A stretch of DNA of 64,000 nt. It comes from Azolla caroliniana. Its lineage: Eukaryota; Plantae; Polypodiophyta. The position numbers and the translations under genes were made by a program. A model generated the notes under the pieces. The model worked only from the letters and a program-made list of their open reading frames with translations. It had not been told where the DNA came from and ran no database searches. The stretch lies in assembly GCA_043228905.1 (NCBI GenBank), contig JBHGNT010000022.1:11718001-11782000 (forward strand), read 5' to 3'. This document shows, piece by piece, positions 12,227-26,600 of this stretch (position 1 is the stretch's first letter; every line of letters begins with the position of its first letter).

Positions 12227-15200
12227 TGTGAAAGAATAGTGTGCAGAAGCAATAGAAAACCGAAAACACAGAAACGCAGGTTTAATAGAGAGCTTGAATA
12301 TACACAGTACGCGGGAGAGAGAGAGTGTGAGAGAGAGCAGAACATAAGACTCTATTCAAAAATAACTCTAAAACTCTGTAATCCTCTGTACATCGTATGT
12401 GTTCAGTGAACACTTTTATACAAGTCCATACGGACTGACAGAAGTACGGTGTACTTCAATGCTCACACGAGCATCTGACACTAACTACAAGACCTTAACT
12501 ACCTAGTAGTCTAGCTGCTACTTGGCTTCCGGTTACTGTTTGATCCCGCTAACCAACTCCCCAACTCCCCAGCTCAATTGCTCATCGGCTCACCGATCCG
12601 GCTCATCCTTCCGGATGTCGATCCGGCTCAGGCTTATTCAGCGGATCCGGATCCGGTTAAGCTTGCTGCTCAACACTCCCCCTCAAGCTCAACTTGAGGT
12701 CGTATCGTGACAGGAACTCACGCTCCCTATGCGCAACACTCGGCCACAACCGAGCTTAGAATCATACACAGAAAACGGTGAAAGAATGCATGACACGAAG
12801 AAGAGAAGAGTACACAGGATGTTTACGTGGAAAACCCAAACTAAGGGAAAAAACCACGGCAGCCCACAAGCTACAAACTATCACTATGTTAGAATGTACA
12901 ACAGTGAGTTCACGGAGGCAACGACCTCGTGCTCACGATCTTTGCCACAAGCGACGGTTACAACAGAGGCAACGACCTCTTTCTCTCTTTCTCTCTCTCT
13001 CTCTCTCTGTACACAGTTACGCGCTCTCTCTTCTTTCACAAACAAGAATGACAGCAACTCTTTACATAAAAGTTTGCCCTAAGTCATATTTATACTAATA
13101 TGACTTTTCGGTTATTTACAAATATAGCCTCGATGGACTCTCAGAAACATATTTACGAATATGTCTCTTCATCCGGTGAGCACTTCTCACCGGGTCTGCA
13201 CCATCCGGCTCTCCGTAGCCGGGTACTTCTCATCCGGTTCTCACCGGGTCTGCACCATCCGACTCTCCGTAGCCGGGTACTTCTCATCCGGTTTCGGCCT
13301 CGGCCGAGTTTGCTCATCAGCACTGTTCTTTTCCCTTCCCATCTAGAGGGACCTGTCTCCCAACATATCGTAGTGTCAGTTTCCATGGCAGCCGGTCCTT
13401 CCACCTGGCTCCTTCTGGTGTCACTCCACCTCGCTTGTGCTCCTCGTCCGGTCTGGTCCCACTTGCCCCGACCCTTCTGATTTTGCGCACCTCGACCTCC
13501 TTGGTCGGCTTGTCTGCTCAACAGGCCCAATCCAGCTCCCTCGTTGTTGTGACTTCGGCGCTTGCCGATTCGTCGATTCCTTCGTGTTGGCGTCCATTTT
13601 CACTGCCTTCTCGTCCTCTTTGCCTTGAAATGATCCGGTTCTTCCGAATCCGTCTGTTGAACCGAATTGGTTGTCTCCGATTTGTTCCAACTCTTGTCGG
13701 AGTTGGTCGCTCTCGATTCGTCTTCCGGTTCCAAGCCCTTCACCACATTGGACCATGTTAGGGTCTTGGCCTTCTTCTTCCGGTCGACTCTGTCCTTCTT
13801 GACTTTGTCGTCGTTGCCGCTTGGTCCGATTTGTTCGGATGTGTCAACTGCTTTTGTCGACTCGGCTCCTTTCTTCTTCTTGTCTCTCCCTTTGTCGGTT
13901 CTTCCCTCACCGGCGCAATCGACAGTCTCTTTGCCTTTGCCCGTTCCAGTGTCTTTGCCAGTTCTCCCCCTCAAGTGTGGCATGTCGAGATGCTCAACAC
14001 CAAGCATTTCGGTGAAGTGCTGCAACTTGTCTAATCCGAGCGGTTTAGTGAAGATGTCGGCAACTTGCCGATCCGTATGAACATAACGACGTTCGACTTC
14101 ACCGCTCAGGACACGCTCACGCACGAAGTGGTAGTGCACTTCTATGTGCTTTGTGCGAGCATGGAATACAGGGTTCTTGGCGAGCTGCATGCTGCTTATG
14201 TTGTCGCAGTAGATCAGGATTGGGGTCGGCACCTCGATCCGTAGGTCTTGCAGCAGTCGCCGAAGCCAAATGGCTTCACAGGTGGCAACAATAGCACCCC
14301 GGTATTCAGCCTCAGTGCTCGAAAGGGCCACTATTGGCTGATTTTTGCTGCTCCATGCAACAACCGTGCTACCAAGGGAAAACATATAGCCGAAGGTCAG
14401 CATCGGTGTAGCCGACTAGCTCTTCAGTTATACCATGTCGGTATAACAATCCCCGTTCCTTCGTGCCGCTCACATATCGCAAAATTCGATGCGCGCACAG
14501 AAGGTGCTCCACGGTTGGCTGCTACATATATTGGTTGATCATGCCGACTGGATAACTGATGTCAAGTCGTGTGACTGTCAAATATATAAGGCTTCCGATG
14601 ATTTGTCAGAACCGTTTCTCATCGCAGGCCGGTTCGGAGTTGGGACGGAGCTTGTGGTTCCGGTCTAGGGGTGTAGAGATAGGTCGGTATTCCGTCATGC
14701 CAAACATGTACAGAACAATCAACACATAGTATCTCTGTGAGAGCAGTATGCCATCGGGGGTTCGGATCACCTTGATCCCAAGGAAATAGCGAAGGTCCCC
14801 CAGATCCTTCATCTCAAATGCATCTGACAGTTGGGACTTGACTCGGCTGATTTCATCGAGTCCGGGTCCGGTGATGATTAGATCATCAACATATAGTAAG
14901 ATGCAAACCAGACCGTCCAGACCTTGCCGGGTGAACAACGAAGAGTTAGACTTGGAGGCCACAAACCCCATCTTACACAACCGGTGCGTGATCTTCGCAT
15001 TCCAAGCTCGGGGGGCTTGCTTCAGGCCATAAAGTGACTTCTTCAGCCGACTTGTTCATCTCCGTCTGGAAACCAGGAGGTTGGGTCATAAAGACCTCTT
15101 CTTCAAGATTGCCTTGAAGAAATGCATTATTCACGTCCATCTAGTGAAGATGCCACTCCCTTGCCGCAACAACAGCCAGCACCACACAAACCGCCGTCAT

Positions 15201-18200
15201 CTTCGCTACTGGAGCGAAGGTCTCGTCGTAGTCGATTCCGTCGGTCTGCGCATATCCCGTCGCCACTAACCAGGCCTTGTACCGATTAACCGAACCGTCG
15301 ACATTGTACTTTACCTTGTACACCCACTTACATCCGATCGGTTTACATTGTCGGGGAGGGTCAACTAGGTCCCATGTGTCGTTGGCATCAAGTGCCTGCA
15401 TTTCCTCCTCCATAGTGGCACACCAATTTGCATCCTTTGCCTCTTCTGCATAGCTCTCCGGCTCATGCACTTCCGCCAACTTGGTCATGTACACATAGTG
15501 ATGCACCATGTACTCATTGTACCCGTACCGCTTTACGGGATTATTCTGATGGGAAGACCGGCGTAATCTATCGTTACCCGATTTGAGGCCCTTCTTGACC
15601 GGTTCGGACTTCATTCTCGAAGATCCACTTTCATCCTTTCTGGAGTCGGATTCGTCCCGATCCGACTCAACGTTGCCGGTTTCATATTCCGACATCTTCT
15701 TCTTCCCCTTCTCTTTGCGTGTTAACCGTCTCCTTGGTTCCTTGCGCGGGGAGAGCACGACAGAGTCTCCATTACTCGTCGGTTCCTCATCTGACTGGTC
15801 ATCCTGACTCAGCCGCTCATTCGGTCCACTTAACCAAAATGAGATCGAACTCTCTTCTAGAGTGCCGAGCTCTTCATCTTCTATCTGGACCGGTTCAAGC
15901 TCACTAGCCTCATCCTCCGATATCAGGTCGGGGTCGGAAGTCGGAGCCCGTAAGGCATACCATGATGCCGTCTCATCAAACTCAACATCTCGGCTAAGTC
16001 GGACCTGCTTCGTTCGGGGGTTATAACACTTGTACCCCTTTTGATCATGCGAGTAACTGACTAGGATGCATTTCTCCGACTTTGCATCCAACTTCCTCCG
16101 CTTCTCATCTGGCACATGCACATATGCAATGCTACCGAATATCCGAAGGTGTCTCAGATTCGGCTTGCGCCCGAAGTACAGCTCATGCACGGACACCTTG
16201 TCACCGATCTGGTTTTGGATGTAGACGATCGTCCGGACTGCCTCCGCCTAGTAGAAATGGGGCATGCTCTTCTCCTCCAACATTGCCCTTGCCGCATCGA
16301 TCATCGACCTGTTCTTCCTTTCGGCCACACCGTTTTGCTCCTGTGTGTATCTGTAGCTGAACTCTCTCTGAATTCCTTTTTGCTGCAAATAACTGTTGAA
16401 TTGGCCGGAAAAATATTCTTTTCGCCATCCGACCGCAGGCACTTGATCTTCCTCTCCGTTTCCCGTTCAACCAGGTTTTGCCGGTTTCGGAAACACTCGA
16501 AGACTTCGCTCTTCCACTCAATGAGGTAGATCCATGTTTGCCGGCTGTAGTCGTCGATGAAGGAGACGAAATACCGACTCCCGCCAAGACTAACATTTTG
16601 TGTCGGTCCCCATACATCCGAATGAATAAGGTCAAGCTTGTTATGGCTACGGTTTCGTTCAGTGGGGAATGGAAGCTGGTGTTGTTTCCCTAGCTGGCAG
16701 GCTTCACATATTTGGGACTTCCGACCACTGAACTTTGGCAAACCGAAAACAACTTGTTTCGTCTGAAGGTCTTGAAGCCTCCGGTAATTGACGTGGTCGA
16801 TCCGCTTGTGCCACAGGTCGATGTCTGATTCGACCTTCTGTCCTTTGGCGAACAAAGTAGTGCCGACATCATTGGTGTCGAGGATGAACATCCTCCCGTC
16901 TCTGCGCCCTTGCGCAATGATTTGGCCCTCTTCCTCGATGAAGCACCCGAGGTACGTAAACCGCACCTGCATTCCCTGGTCAACAACCTGTCCAACCGAC
17001 ACCAAGTTCTTCGTGATGGTCGGAACATGTAATACGTTCATCAGCTTCCCCCTCTGTCCGACATGGCTCAAAGGGACTTCTCCGATATGCACGATAGGGT
17101 GTGGAGTGTCGTCTTCGGTTTCAACAACTCCTGGTTGTTCTGGTTTCTCCAAGAAGGAGAACAACTCTCTGTGGCTCGTCATGTGATTTGATGCACCGGA
17201 ATCAACGTACCACACTTCCTCTGATTTGGAAGTGGTCTTCTTCATCGAGTTAGCCTTGTGTTTCATCACCAAGGCTGGCCCTTTACTGGCTTTTCCGGTT
17301 TTGGATCCTCCCGATCCTTCTGGGTAGTGCAAGTATTGTCGGTTCTCTCTATCGGCCTTGCCGGATCCGGATCTGTCCGAATTGGCGCACTTCTTCCAAC
17401 ACTTGCTTTCTCTGTGGCCCTTTTTACCACAGTACTAGCATTCCGTGTCGGCCTTTGCTTGCCGGCCTCCTGCGCCGCCTTGACTCCCCCTGCTTGTGGA
17501 GGGTCCGGAACTACTGTCGGCACGCTCTTTATGCCTTCAGTCCTGCTCTTGCCTGACGCTACCATTGCAAGCCGACCCGCCTCATTCACCACGCCCACGG
17601 GACCGATCCACCTCCATGTACAGCATTCGGCTATCAATGGTTGCACCTTTTGACGCACCAGCGTGGTTCTCCTCTACAATGAGCATCGACTGTAAGTCGA
17701 AAAACGACGGCGTATTCTCCCATGTACACACAGTAGTTCGGAATGCTCCGAACTTCGACGCTAGTCCCCCAAGACAGATCTGCACCATCTCGCCTTCCTC
17801 GACATTCACATCGATAGAGGCTAAGGAGTTGTATATCTCTTTGATCTTCGAGGTGTAATCAGCCACCGACAAGTCGTGTTGTTGTAAGTTGCTCAGCTCC
17901 TATTGGAGTTGAAGCTTGCTGGTTGTGGTGCTTGCGATGAAAATCTTCTTCAGATTTCCCCAAGCATCCTTTGGCGTTTTCGCATCCCGAATATAGCTCA
18001 GAAGTTGTTCATCCACACAAGACACGAAGCAGTACAGTACTCTGCTCGCCGACTGTTCCCACACTAGAAAATCTTTGTGTGTCGATTCAGGTGTTGTGTC
18101 ATTTCCTCTGTCGACATAGCTCCAGTAACCGTGCCCGAGCAGGTACTAGTGCATCTTGTAGGACCAAGACACGTAGTTGTTTCTGTCGAGCTTCTCTGTT

Positions 18201-18769
18201 GGAAGCAAGCTAACCATGCCTCTATCCATTTTTTTTTCCTCTTCTTTACGAAGATTAGGTTTTCTTCTTGAGCTAAGGTCGGCTGCAAAGGTTCTCAACC
18301 CTCGCGCTCTGATACCATGTGAAAGAATAGTGTGCGGAAGCAATAGAAAACCGAAAACACAAAAACGCGGGTTTAATGGAGAGCTTGAATATACACAGTA
18401 CATGGGAGAGATAGAGAGAGAGTGAGAGAGCAGAACATAAGACTCTATTCAAGAAATAACTCTAAAACTATGTAATCCTCTGTACATCGTATGTGTTCAG
18501 TGAACACTTTTATACAAGTCCATACAGACTGACAGAAGTACGGTGTACTTCAATGCTCACACGAGCATCTGACATTGACTACAAGACCTTAACTACCTAA
18601 TAGTCTAGTTGCTACTTGGCTTCCGGTTACTATTTGATCCAGATAACCGACTCCCCAGCTCACCGACTCAATTGCTCACCGGCTCACCGATCCGGCTCAT
18701 CCTTCCGGATGTCGATCCGGCTCAGGCTTATTCAGCCGATCCGGATCCGGTTGAGCTTGCCGCTCAACA
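12227..18769 (-). mobile_element. Ty1/copia element E, both LTRs present, decayed coding region
   Basis: LTRs 18318-18769 (5') and 12227-12675 (3'). TSD CATTC at 12222-12226 and 18770-18774. PBS TGGTATCAGAGC (tRNA-iMet) at 18306-18317; PPT 12676-12687. Frameshifted gag, PR (WYVDSGASNHM), IN, RT (LLYVDDL), RH. Confidence 0.95.
12708..13365 (-). mobile_element. Solo LTR of the copia A-related family inserted in the 3' region of element E
   Basis: TG...CA termini; TSD TATCG at 12703-12707 and 13366-13370. Shares GGATGTTTACGTGGAAAACCC and TTTGCCCTAAGTCATATTTATAC with the LTR at 47357-48057. 54-bp tandem duplication. Confidence 0.92.
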
Positions 18770-19649
18770 CATTCTCTATGTTTTTTATTGCTATCTAGTT
18801 GAGATTTGTATTTATCTTCACACTACCAAGTCAACTCGCTTGTCGATCCGGTCGACCGACCCGATTTCGACTACTGATTCTCCCAATTCGATCGGTCAAC
18901 TTCTCTCATTAGGAGGGATAGAATCCTAACAATATTTGTATGGTTTCCATGCATCATCATCGTCGACATAGCTTGAAACATCTACTCCATGACAAGATTT
19001 ATGGGTTCCTTTGCTACAAATTCGGGTTGCATACTGACAACGTTATCCCCATCGGCTTGATACATCTCTAACATTGTACAGCTAAATGATGGAGTTTCGA
19101 GTTGAACAATGGAGAAACTATAGTGCTCATGCGGTGTTTGACATGTGTGAAAAACCTTTTTGTAGGGCATCAGGTTTTATGCCCGACAGTTGGACAGTTG
19201 CCCGTCTTCTTCACAAATGTGGCGTACAAGATCTGACTCAAAAATAACCAATGCCTTTACCCTAGTTGTCAGGAACAATACTAAGACAGAGAAGTACTAT
19301 CAAGAACAGTACTAAGACAAACAAGGAATTAGTACTAAAAGATGAGAATTAGTACTAAGGGAGGTGTAGAACTCTCGAGGGAAGGGAAGAGTGAGAGTGA
19401 GTGAGTGAGTGAGTGAGAGAGAGAGAATGATGATAATAAAAGATATATATTATGTTAAGAGAATATACAATAGTACCTAGGAGGCTTAAGACTGGTGTTG
19501 AACCGATTTGGTTCAAAATAATGCCTTGGGCCTCCTTTTATAGTGTTCTTAGGAGTACTCCTGAAGTTTCTAGAATGTTCCAGAGAAATCTGGAATATAC
19601 ATCAATTTTCTATAGTAAAACTTAAATGAAAATAATATCCTTCGTATTA

Positions 19650-19720
19650 CAACATATAGTCTAATGGTTAAGAGCTCGACCCATGTAACATAAGGTCATA
19701 GGTTTGAGTCTTGCCATATC
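19650..19720 (+). promoter_or_regulatory. tRNA-like Pol III A-box/B-box module in 3' LTR of F
   Basis: TAGTCTAATGG (19657) and GGTTTGAGTCT (19701), 44 nt apart; AGGTC variable-loop-like motif before the T arm. Confidence 0.6.
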
Positions 19721-22700
19721 ATGACACTATCCCTCCTTTAAAACGACGAGTGTCACGAGTCATTTTGGATTGAGGACCCGGTTTGTCTGGATATTGACGA
19801 TGGAAGTCTTCAAGAAGAGCACGAGCATTGGGCACATTCTCTATTGGTTCCCAAGTACACTCGCTGGGACTATATCCTAGCTAATCGACTAAACAGTAGA
19901 GCTTGTTGCGAACAATCTTGGAATCGAGGATGGCAACAATCTCGTACTCAGGTCCATCTTCAAGTTCGATCGGGGGTGGAGGTTGTTTAATACGACCTGG
20001 GATGGTGCTATCTTGATAGGGTTCGAGGAGAGAACTATGAAACACTGGATGTATCCGAAGTTGTGGAGGTAGATTGAGACAAAAAACAACATCATTAATT
20101 TTTCCGATAATACGGAAAGGACCTAATCGCCAATAATCCAACATCTCACATGGGCGAGTAGTCTTGATGTGTCGTCGTAGTAGCCATACCTGATCTCCAA
20201 TGTTAAAACTAGATGGAAGCCGATGACGATCCGCGTAAACCTTGTGTGTTTGTTGAGCTTGTTGTAGATGAGTAGATAAATCCGCTTGTATCTTGCATAA
20301 CTGCTCCAAACGATCCTTTGCGCAAGGATTTGTGGGTAACTCTCGGGTTTCAAATACACACCACTGGGGGTGACAACATAAAATGGTGTAACCTTTGTAT
20401 ATGAGTGGACAGACTTATTATATGCAAATTCGGCGAAGTGGAGAATATCCGCCCAATCATCTTGATGATAGCTTAGAAAGCACCGAAGATATTGGTCCAG
20501 TGTTTGATTTGTTCATTCTAATTGGCCATCTGTTTGCAGGTGGTAGCCAGAGGAGAGTTTACAAGTTACCTTGAGCATTTTAAAGAGGTGCTTCCAGAAT
20601 TTCGAGACGAACTGGGGTCCACGGTTGCTAATGATACTATCGGGAAGGCCATGATGCCGACATACTTCACGCATGACAGTTTCAGCGGTTTCCTCACTAG
20701 AGATTTCCTTAGTACATGGCAGGAAATGGGCCATCTTCGTATATCGATCTACTACTGTTAAGATCGCATCGAATCCCTTAGAGGCTAGAAGATTTGTGAT
20801 GAAATCTAGAGCAATGGATTGTCACGGCTTGCTTGGAATTGGTAATGGTTCTAATAAACCATATGGATGATGCCTTGGCATTTTTGCTCTACAACATGTA
20901 TCACAAGTCTGAACAAAATCTTTGACAAATTGTCGCATATGGGGCCACCAAAATGATCGTTGTACTAAATCTAATGTTTTAGTACTACCAAAATGCCCAG
21001 CTGTATATGTGTCATGACAATTTTGGACTACTCGAAGGCAACAAGAACCATTAGGAACATACAAGAGTTTCTTAAATAATAGTAATCCATCATGACATTC
21101 AAATTGTCGATAGTCCGTACCTGGTTGTTGCGACTGTGAAAAAGATGCTTGAGAGGGATCAATTTGTGATAGAATGTCTTGGGCGAAAGCATCTGTCTTC
21201 AAGTCCTTACGTATGGTATCAATAACGTGGAAATCCAAGGGCATACCAAAGACCTGCGTTGCTTGCAGTCGTGTTGGTCCCAGGATTACTTGCTTTTGGT
21301 TATCGAAAGTTGACTCGCCAAGAGGCGGTGCTAGATACGAGCATCGTGATAATGCATCTTCCTTCCCTTGTTGCTTCCCCGGACAATATGTAATTTTGAA
21401 GTCGAAACGAGTGAGGAATTGGGCCCACCGAGCTTGACGTCGATTTAACACACAAGCATTCTGAAAGTAGGCAAGGTTTTGTTGATCACTGAATACAGTG
21501 ACTTGATGAGAAGATCCCTCTAGAAAATGCCTCCATTGCGTAAAAGAGTCCACTATTGCTAATAGCTTCTTATCATGAATTTCATAGTTGATTTCAGCGG
21601 CGTCAAACTGCGTGAGTGGAAAGCCACAGGATGGAGTTTTTCATCATCCCCTTGTTGTGACAGAATGCTACTCAAGGCGAAATCCGACGCGTCTGCTTTG
21701 ATGATGAATGGTTTTCCCGGATCAACATGAGCTAGACTAGAAGTTGATGTAAATGCCTTCTTAAGACTCTCAAAAGCCATGTCTACTTCTTCAGACCAAA
21801 CGAACGATTGTCCCTTCTTGGTAAGTTGTGTGAGAGGTAGAACAAGCTTTGAGTAATCATGTATAAACTTGCGGTAGAAATTGGCAAAGCATAAAAAGCA
21901 TTGCACATCTCGCAACGAACACGGAGTCTACCACTCGACCACCGTTTTGACCTTAGTTGGATCCATGGAGACGCCTTCCGAGGAAATGACATAGCCCACA
22001 AATTCTACCTAGTTGCACTCAAAACTACATTTTTCCAGCTTTGCATAAAGACCATGTTCTCGAAGTCGGGTCTTCGAATAAACCAGTAGATCATCCAAAT
22101 AGATGATTAAAAAAACATCCAAGAGATCTTGGAATATATCATTTGCCATGTGCTGGAAGACTATTAATGAGGCCGAATGGCATGACCGTATACTCGAAGT
22201 GCCCATATCTGGTGCGAAACGCGATCTTCCATTCATCTCCTGGTCGGATCCGTATGAGGTTATATGCTCCTCATAAGTCAATCTTTGTGAAGAACCTTGC
22301 ACCATTGATCTGTTCTAAAAGACTTGAGATAAGGGGAAGTGCATACCTATTCCTGATGGTGACCTTATTCAAGCCACGGTAATCTACGACGAGACGAAGT
22401 GATCCATCCTTTTTCTTGACGAAGAAAATGGGTGCGCCGGCTAGAGATTTCGAATGTCGAATTTTGCCAAATTCTCCTCTATATAGGGTCAAAGGACTAA
22501 ACTAGCTTGGTTGGTGACAAATTGTAGATCGGTCCCCATGGTGGATCTTTTCCCAGTTGTAAATCGATGGGGCAATCATACAGTCGATGGTCAGGAAGTG
22601 TATTCTCTTGTACTTTATCGAACACATCGGCATAATGACAATACTTCTCTGGAAGTTGAATGGTGGACTCCTCTTTAGTGGTGTTGGAGGGTTTTACTGA

Positions 22701-23658
22701 TACTGCAAAGAGAAACATTTCTTCCTTGCGTCCTTCCTCACGCAACTGACGTAGCGAAATGCTTGCAATCTTATGAGTAGATCCTCGGGTTTGTTGATAC
22801 CGGATTTCTCTTGTTCTCCAATTTATGTCTGGGTTATGTGATTCGAACCATGGTAATCCCAAAACAATGGGATGTTTTGGGATATTAATGATATTAAAGG
22901 ATACTACACACGCTAAATTATCTAGGATAATATTAACGGGCTTTGACTCTTCTATGATATTTTCGGAAGCAATGGGACGACCATCAATGACTACTATAGA
23001 GGCTGGACACGAGAGTTTTCTTAGGGATATCTGGTGAGCTTGGGCAAAATTCCTATCCACGAAGCAAGAATTAGCTCCGGAATCTAGGAGTGTTGAGACA
23101 TGTGCTTAAAGGAAATGGAACCACTAATGGGTTACACAAATCTAGGGTTGTCCAACCAAACGGCTCCTATTTTGGCTGGACTTAGTCGTTTAACTCTTCT
23201 TCTAACTAAGGACATCAAATTTGTTCGATAAATTTGGGCTATTAGTACTATTAGGATTATTAGATATTCCTACTGAAATAGACTCGGGTTTAGTACAATT
23301 AGAACTAGAGACTATTTGGTTTACTTGTCTTCTTGGCCTATGGGAACAGTTCATTGCAATATGCCATGGACCACCGCAATAAAGACATAGTCGATTTGCT
23401 CGGCGTCACCGCTTTTCTTCTTTCGATAATGGTCTGCGACGACGTGTAGTGTCAATTTCCATCGGAGTTGTAGTATTCATTAGAGACGCATTATAAGATT
23501 CCCTTGGAAAAGGTTTTGCTACCACTGAGGTGTAGGTGGACTTTGATCTTGCCCTTGGCAACTAGTACTAACGTTCCTAACGTCGTTCGAAAAGACGGTT
23601 GTTGCATCTCACTGTGCGACTGATTGCTTCTATCAATGACTTTGGTTCTTCGGGGAAG

Positions 23659-26600
23659 TGTTAAGAGTCTATTACTAATCAATAGACCAAATCAAGTAAT
23701 AAGGAAGAAAATAGATTGGATAGAAGAACCCGTTCCACCCGACCACCCCCGAGCTATGATCTAAACATAGCCAACCTACCACCGACGTCCCATACCGCCA
23801 GATATTAGGATGACTAATACCTTGGAAGAGATAAACACGATCGTCGAGACGAAAGCCTAGACCGCACCACCGGTGTCTACGACAGCAGCCTTCCGACGTG
23901 ATTCCCTATGAGGGTAGCTAAGCCTCATATTTATACCTTTTCCTAGGCCCCTTGAATAGATGTGCCTTTCTAAAAGGCTCTCTATTCATTGGTTGTCTAA
24001 ATCATGATAGTGCATGCACATATCATTCATTCTATCCAATCATTAGTCCCCTTTTTAATAATAGTGAACATACCCTTCACTAATGTAAATATTAGTGACC
24101 TACCCTCACCAACGTTATGTGTACATAACATACTCCCCTACTTCAAAAGATTGCACTCTTGCAATATAAAGTGAGGAAATTGTGCCTTAAGCGAATGCTC
24201 GCGTTCCCATGTGGCATCATCAATAGGTTTATCCATCCATTTGATCTTGAATAGCCGAATCTCTTTAGAACGTAAACATTTAGTACGAGAATCAAGAATT
24301 CGTTCAGGAACATGAGGTTTGTAAGAAAAATCCTCTAATGTTACAAGATCTTGGATTGTGATGGTGTTATCACCAGAGCCTAAAAATGGTTTTAGACGAC
24401 TAACGTGAAAAACAGGATGAATACCAACGTTACGAGGTAAGGCAAGGTGATAAGCAGATGACCCAACTCGCTTAAGGATTTCAAATGGGCCACAATATCG
24501 TGGGGCTAACTTAGCGCACTTGCCCGTAGATAATGACGTAGAATCAGTCGGGACACGCAAAAAAACTTTTTGACCAATAGTAAATGCACGAGGACGTCTA
24601 TCCTGATCAGCATAAAATCGAGCACGATCTTGAGCTGTCTTGACATTTTCTTTGGCAATATGCAACATTTGGTTCATGTCTTGCAAAAAATTGCGTGTAC
24701 TGTCTAATGTATCACGATGAATCGTGACATCAACTGGGGCACGTGGCTGAAAACCATACATCAACATAAAAGGACTATATCCAGTGGATGTATGTTTAGA
24801 GCTATTATAGGCAAATTCTAAGATAGGAAGGTATTGCTCCCACTTAGAAGGGGTTTTTGCTACATAAGCTCGAAGCATGTCCTCAATAATTTGATTAACT
24901 CGTTCAGTTTGTCCATCAGACTGAGGATGATCTGCGGAACTCATGCTCAACGTAGTTTCTAGTTTCTTAAAGACCTGAGTCCAAAAGTCACTAGTAAACT
25001 TGGAATCTCGATCACTAACAATATCCATCGGTAATCCATAAAAACGAAATAACTCATCAACAAATTGATAAGCCAACTGTTGAGCGGTTACCGTGGTTTT
25101 TGTAGGAATAAATCTAGCTAATTTTGTTAGCCTGTCAACGACAACCCATATGGCATCATGACCCCTCTGTGTACGAGGTAAACTAACAATAAAATCCATC
25201 GAGATACTTTCCCATTTATTGTTGGGAATATCTAAGGGATGTAAAAGACCAGCAGCTTTAAGTCGTTCCGACTTATTAATCTGACATTGTAAGCATTGAG
25301 TTACGTATTTATGCACGTCAGAGCGCATCTTACGCCAGAAAAAAGTACACGAGATGAGAACGAGTGTGCGTTGTATTCCAGGATGACCAGCAGATGGTGC
25401 ATCATGACATTCATGAAAAAATTTCTGTTTAACATTTGGTAAATCTGGAATACAGACCTTTCCACTACGGTAGAGCAAACCGTTTGTAATGTGAAAGGTC
25501 GCCTTCGAGGGTAGGGTGCTAGTATCGGCATCTAAACCAGATTCGGCTTTCGTCCAGTATTTTGAGAAATAACTGTCACCAAGGTATTTCCCTCGAAGGT
25601 GATCTAAAAGATCAGATTTTATTTCCGTGAAGCTAAGCATGTTAACTTCTTTAATGCGACTAAGAGCATCAGCAACGGTCTTCATAGAACCCTTGCGATA
25701 TCGTATGGAAAAATCAAAATCTTGCATAAGGTCAGCCCAACGGCCTTTACGACCAACAAGATCGAGCTGGTCACAAAAATACTTTAATGATTGATGGTCT
25801 GTTGTAACCACAAATTTATTTCCATAGAGATAGTGCCTCCATGTTTTAAGTGCGTGTATCACCGCAAACAACTCTTTCTCTTGAACCGAATACCGAGATT
25901 GAGCAGCATCAAGCTTCTTACTTTCAAAAGCAATAGGGTGACCACCTTGATAAAGAACGGCACCAATAGCATAATCACTAGCATCGGTTTCAATTGAGAA
26001 AGGCTTAGAAGGGTCTGGTAATAGAAGAGTGGGAGCCTGACACACATGCTCCTTGAGTGTCTCAAATGATTTGTCAAGTTGTTCATTCCATGAAATTGGT
26101 TTGACAGACTTACGTGGATGACCTTTTAAAAGGTCAGTTAATGGCGTAGTCAATTTGGAATAGTTACGAATTGATTTTCGTAAAAATCCAACAAACCCTA
26201 AGAATGATCTAAGTTCACGAATATTACGAGGAATGGGCCAAAGTTTAACCTTTTCAATACGAGAAGGTTCAATTTCAACGCCATTTTCTGTAATTAAATG
26301 ACCTAGGTACACAATAGATTTTTGGAAGAAGTCACATTTTGAATGTTTTGCATAGAAAGAGTTGTCACGCAACTTTCGCAAAACAAATCGAACATGTTGA
26401 ACATGATCTTGCAAGGTACGGCTATATATCAAAATATCATCCAAGAAGACGACAACAAAATCACCGAGTTGATCTCGGAAAACATCATTCATCGCTTGTT
26501 GGAATGTGGCTGGAGCATTAGTCAACCCAAACGGCATGACTAAAAACTCATAATGGCCATAGCGCGTACGAAAAGCGGTTTTAGGAATATCATCCTCGGC

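Larger units (their letters stand above)
10660..18931 (+). mobile_element. Truncated Ty1/copia element D (RT end/RNase H, repeat-expanded tail, LTR remnant ~11910-12226 + 18775-18931) split by element E
   Basis: RILRYVSGTKD..VGYMDVDWAG, IYCDNLS..KHIEMHYNFVRE..DIFTKPLG. LTR-like sequence continues across the CATTC TSD and ends CCTAACA. Confidence 0.75.

Noticed and set aside
18932-19261. Possible gene fragment flanking element F (ORF 18982-19170)
   Set aside because: No recognisable motif, and I could not extend it across the TSD.
19650-19726. Functional tRNA gene in the LTR
   Set aside because: No acceptor or anticodon stem can be formed. Only the A/B boxes and T-arm resemblance remain, so it is reported as a tRNA-like module.
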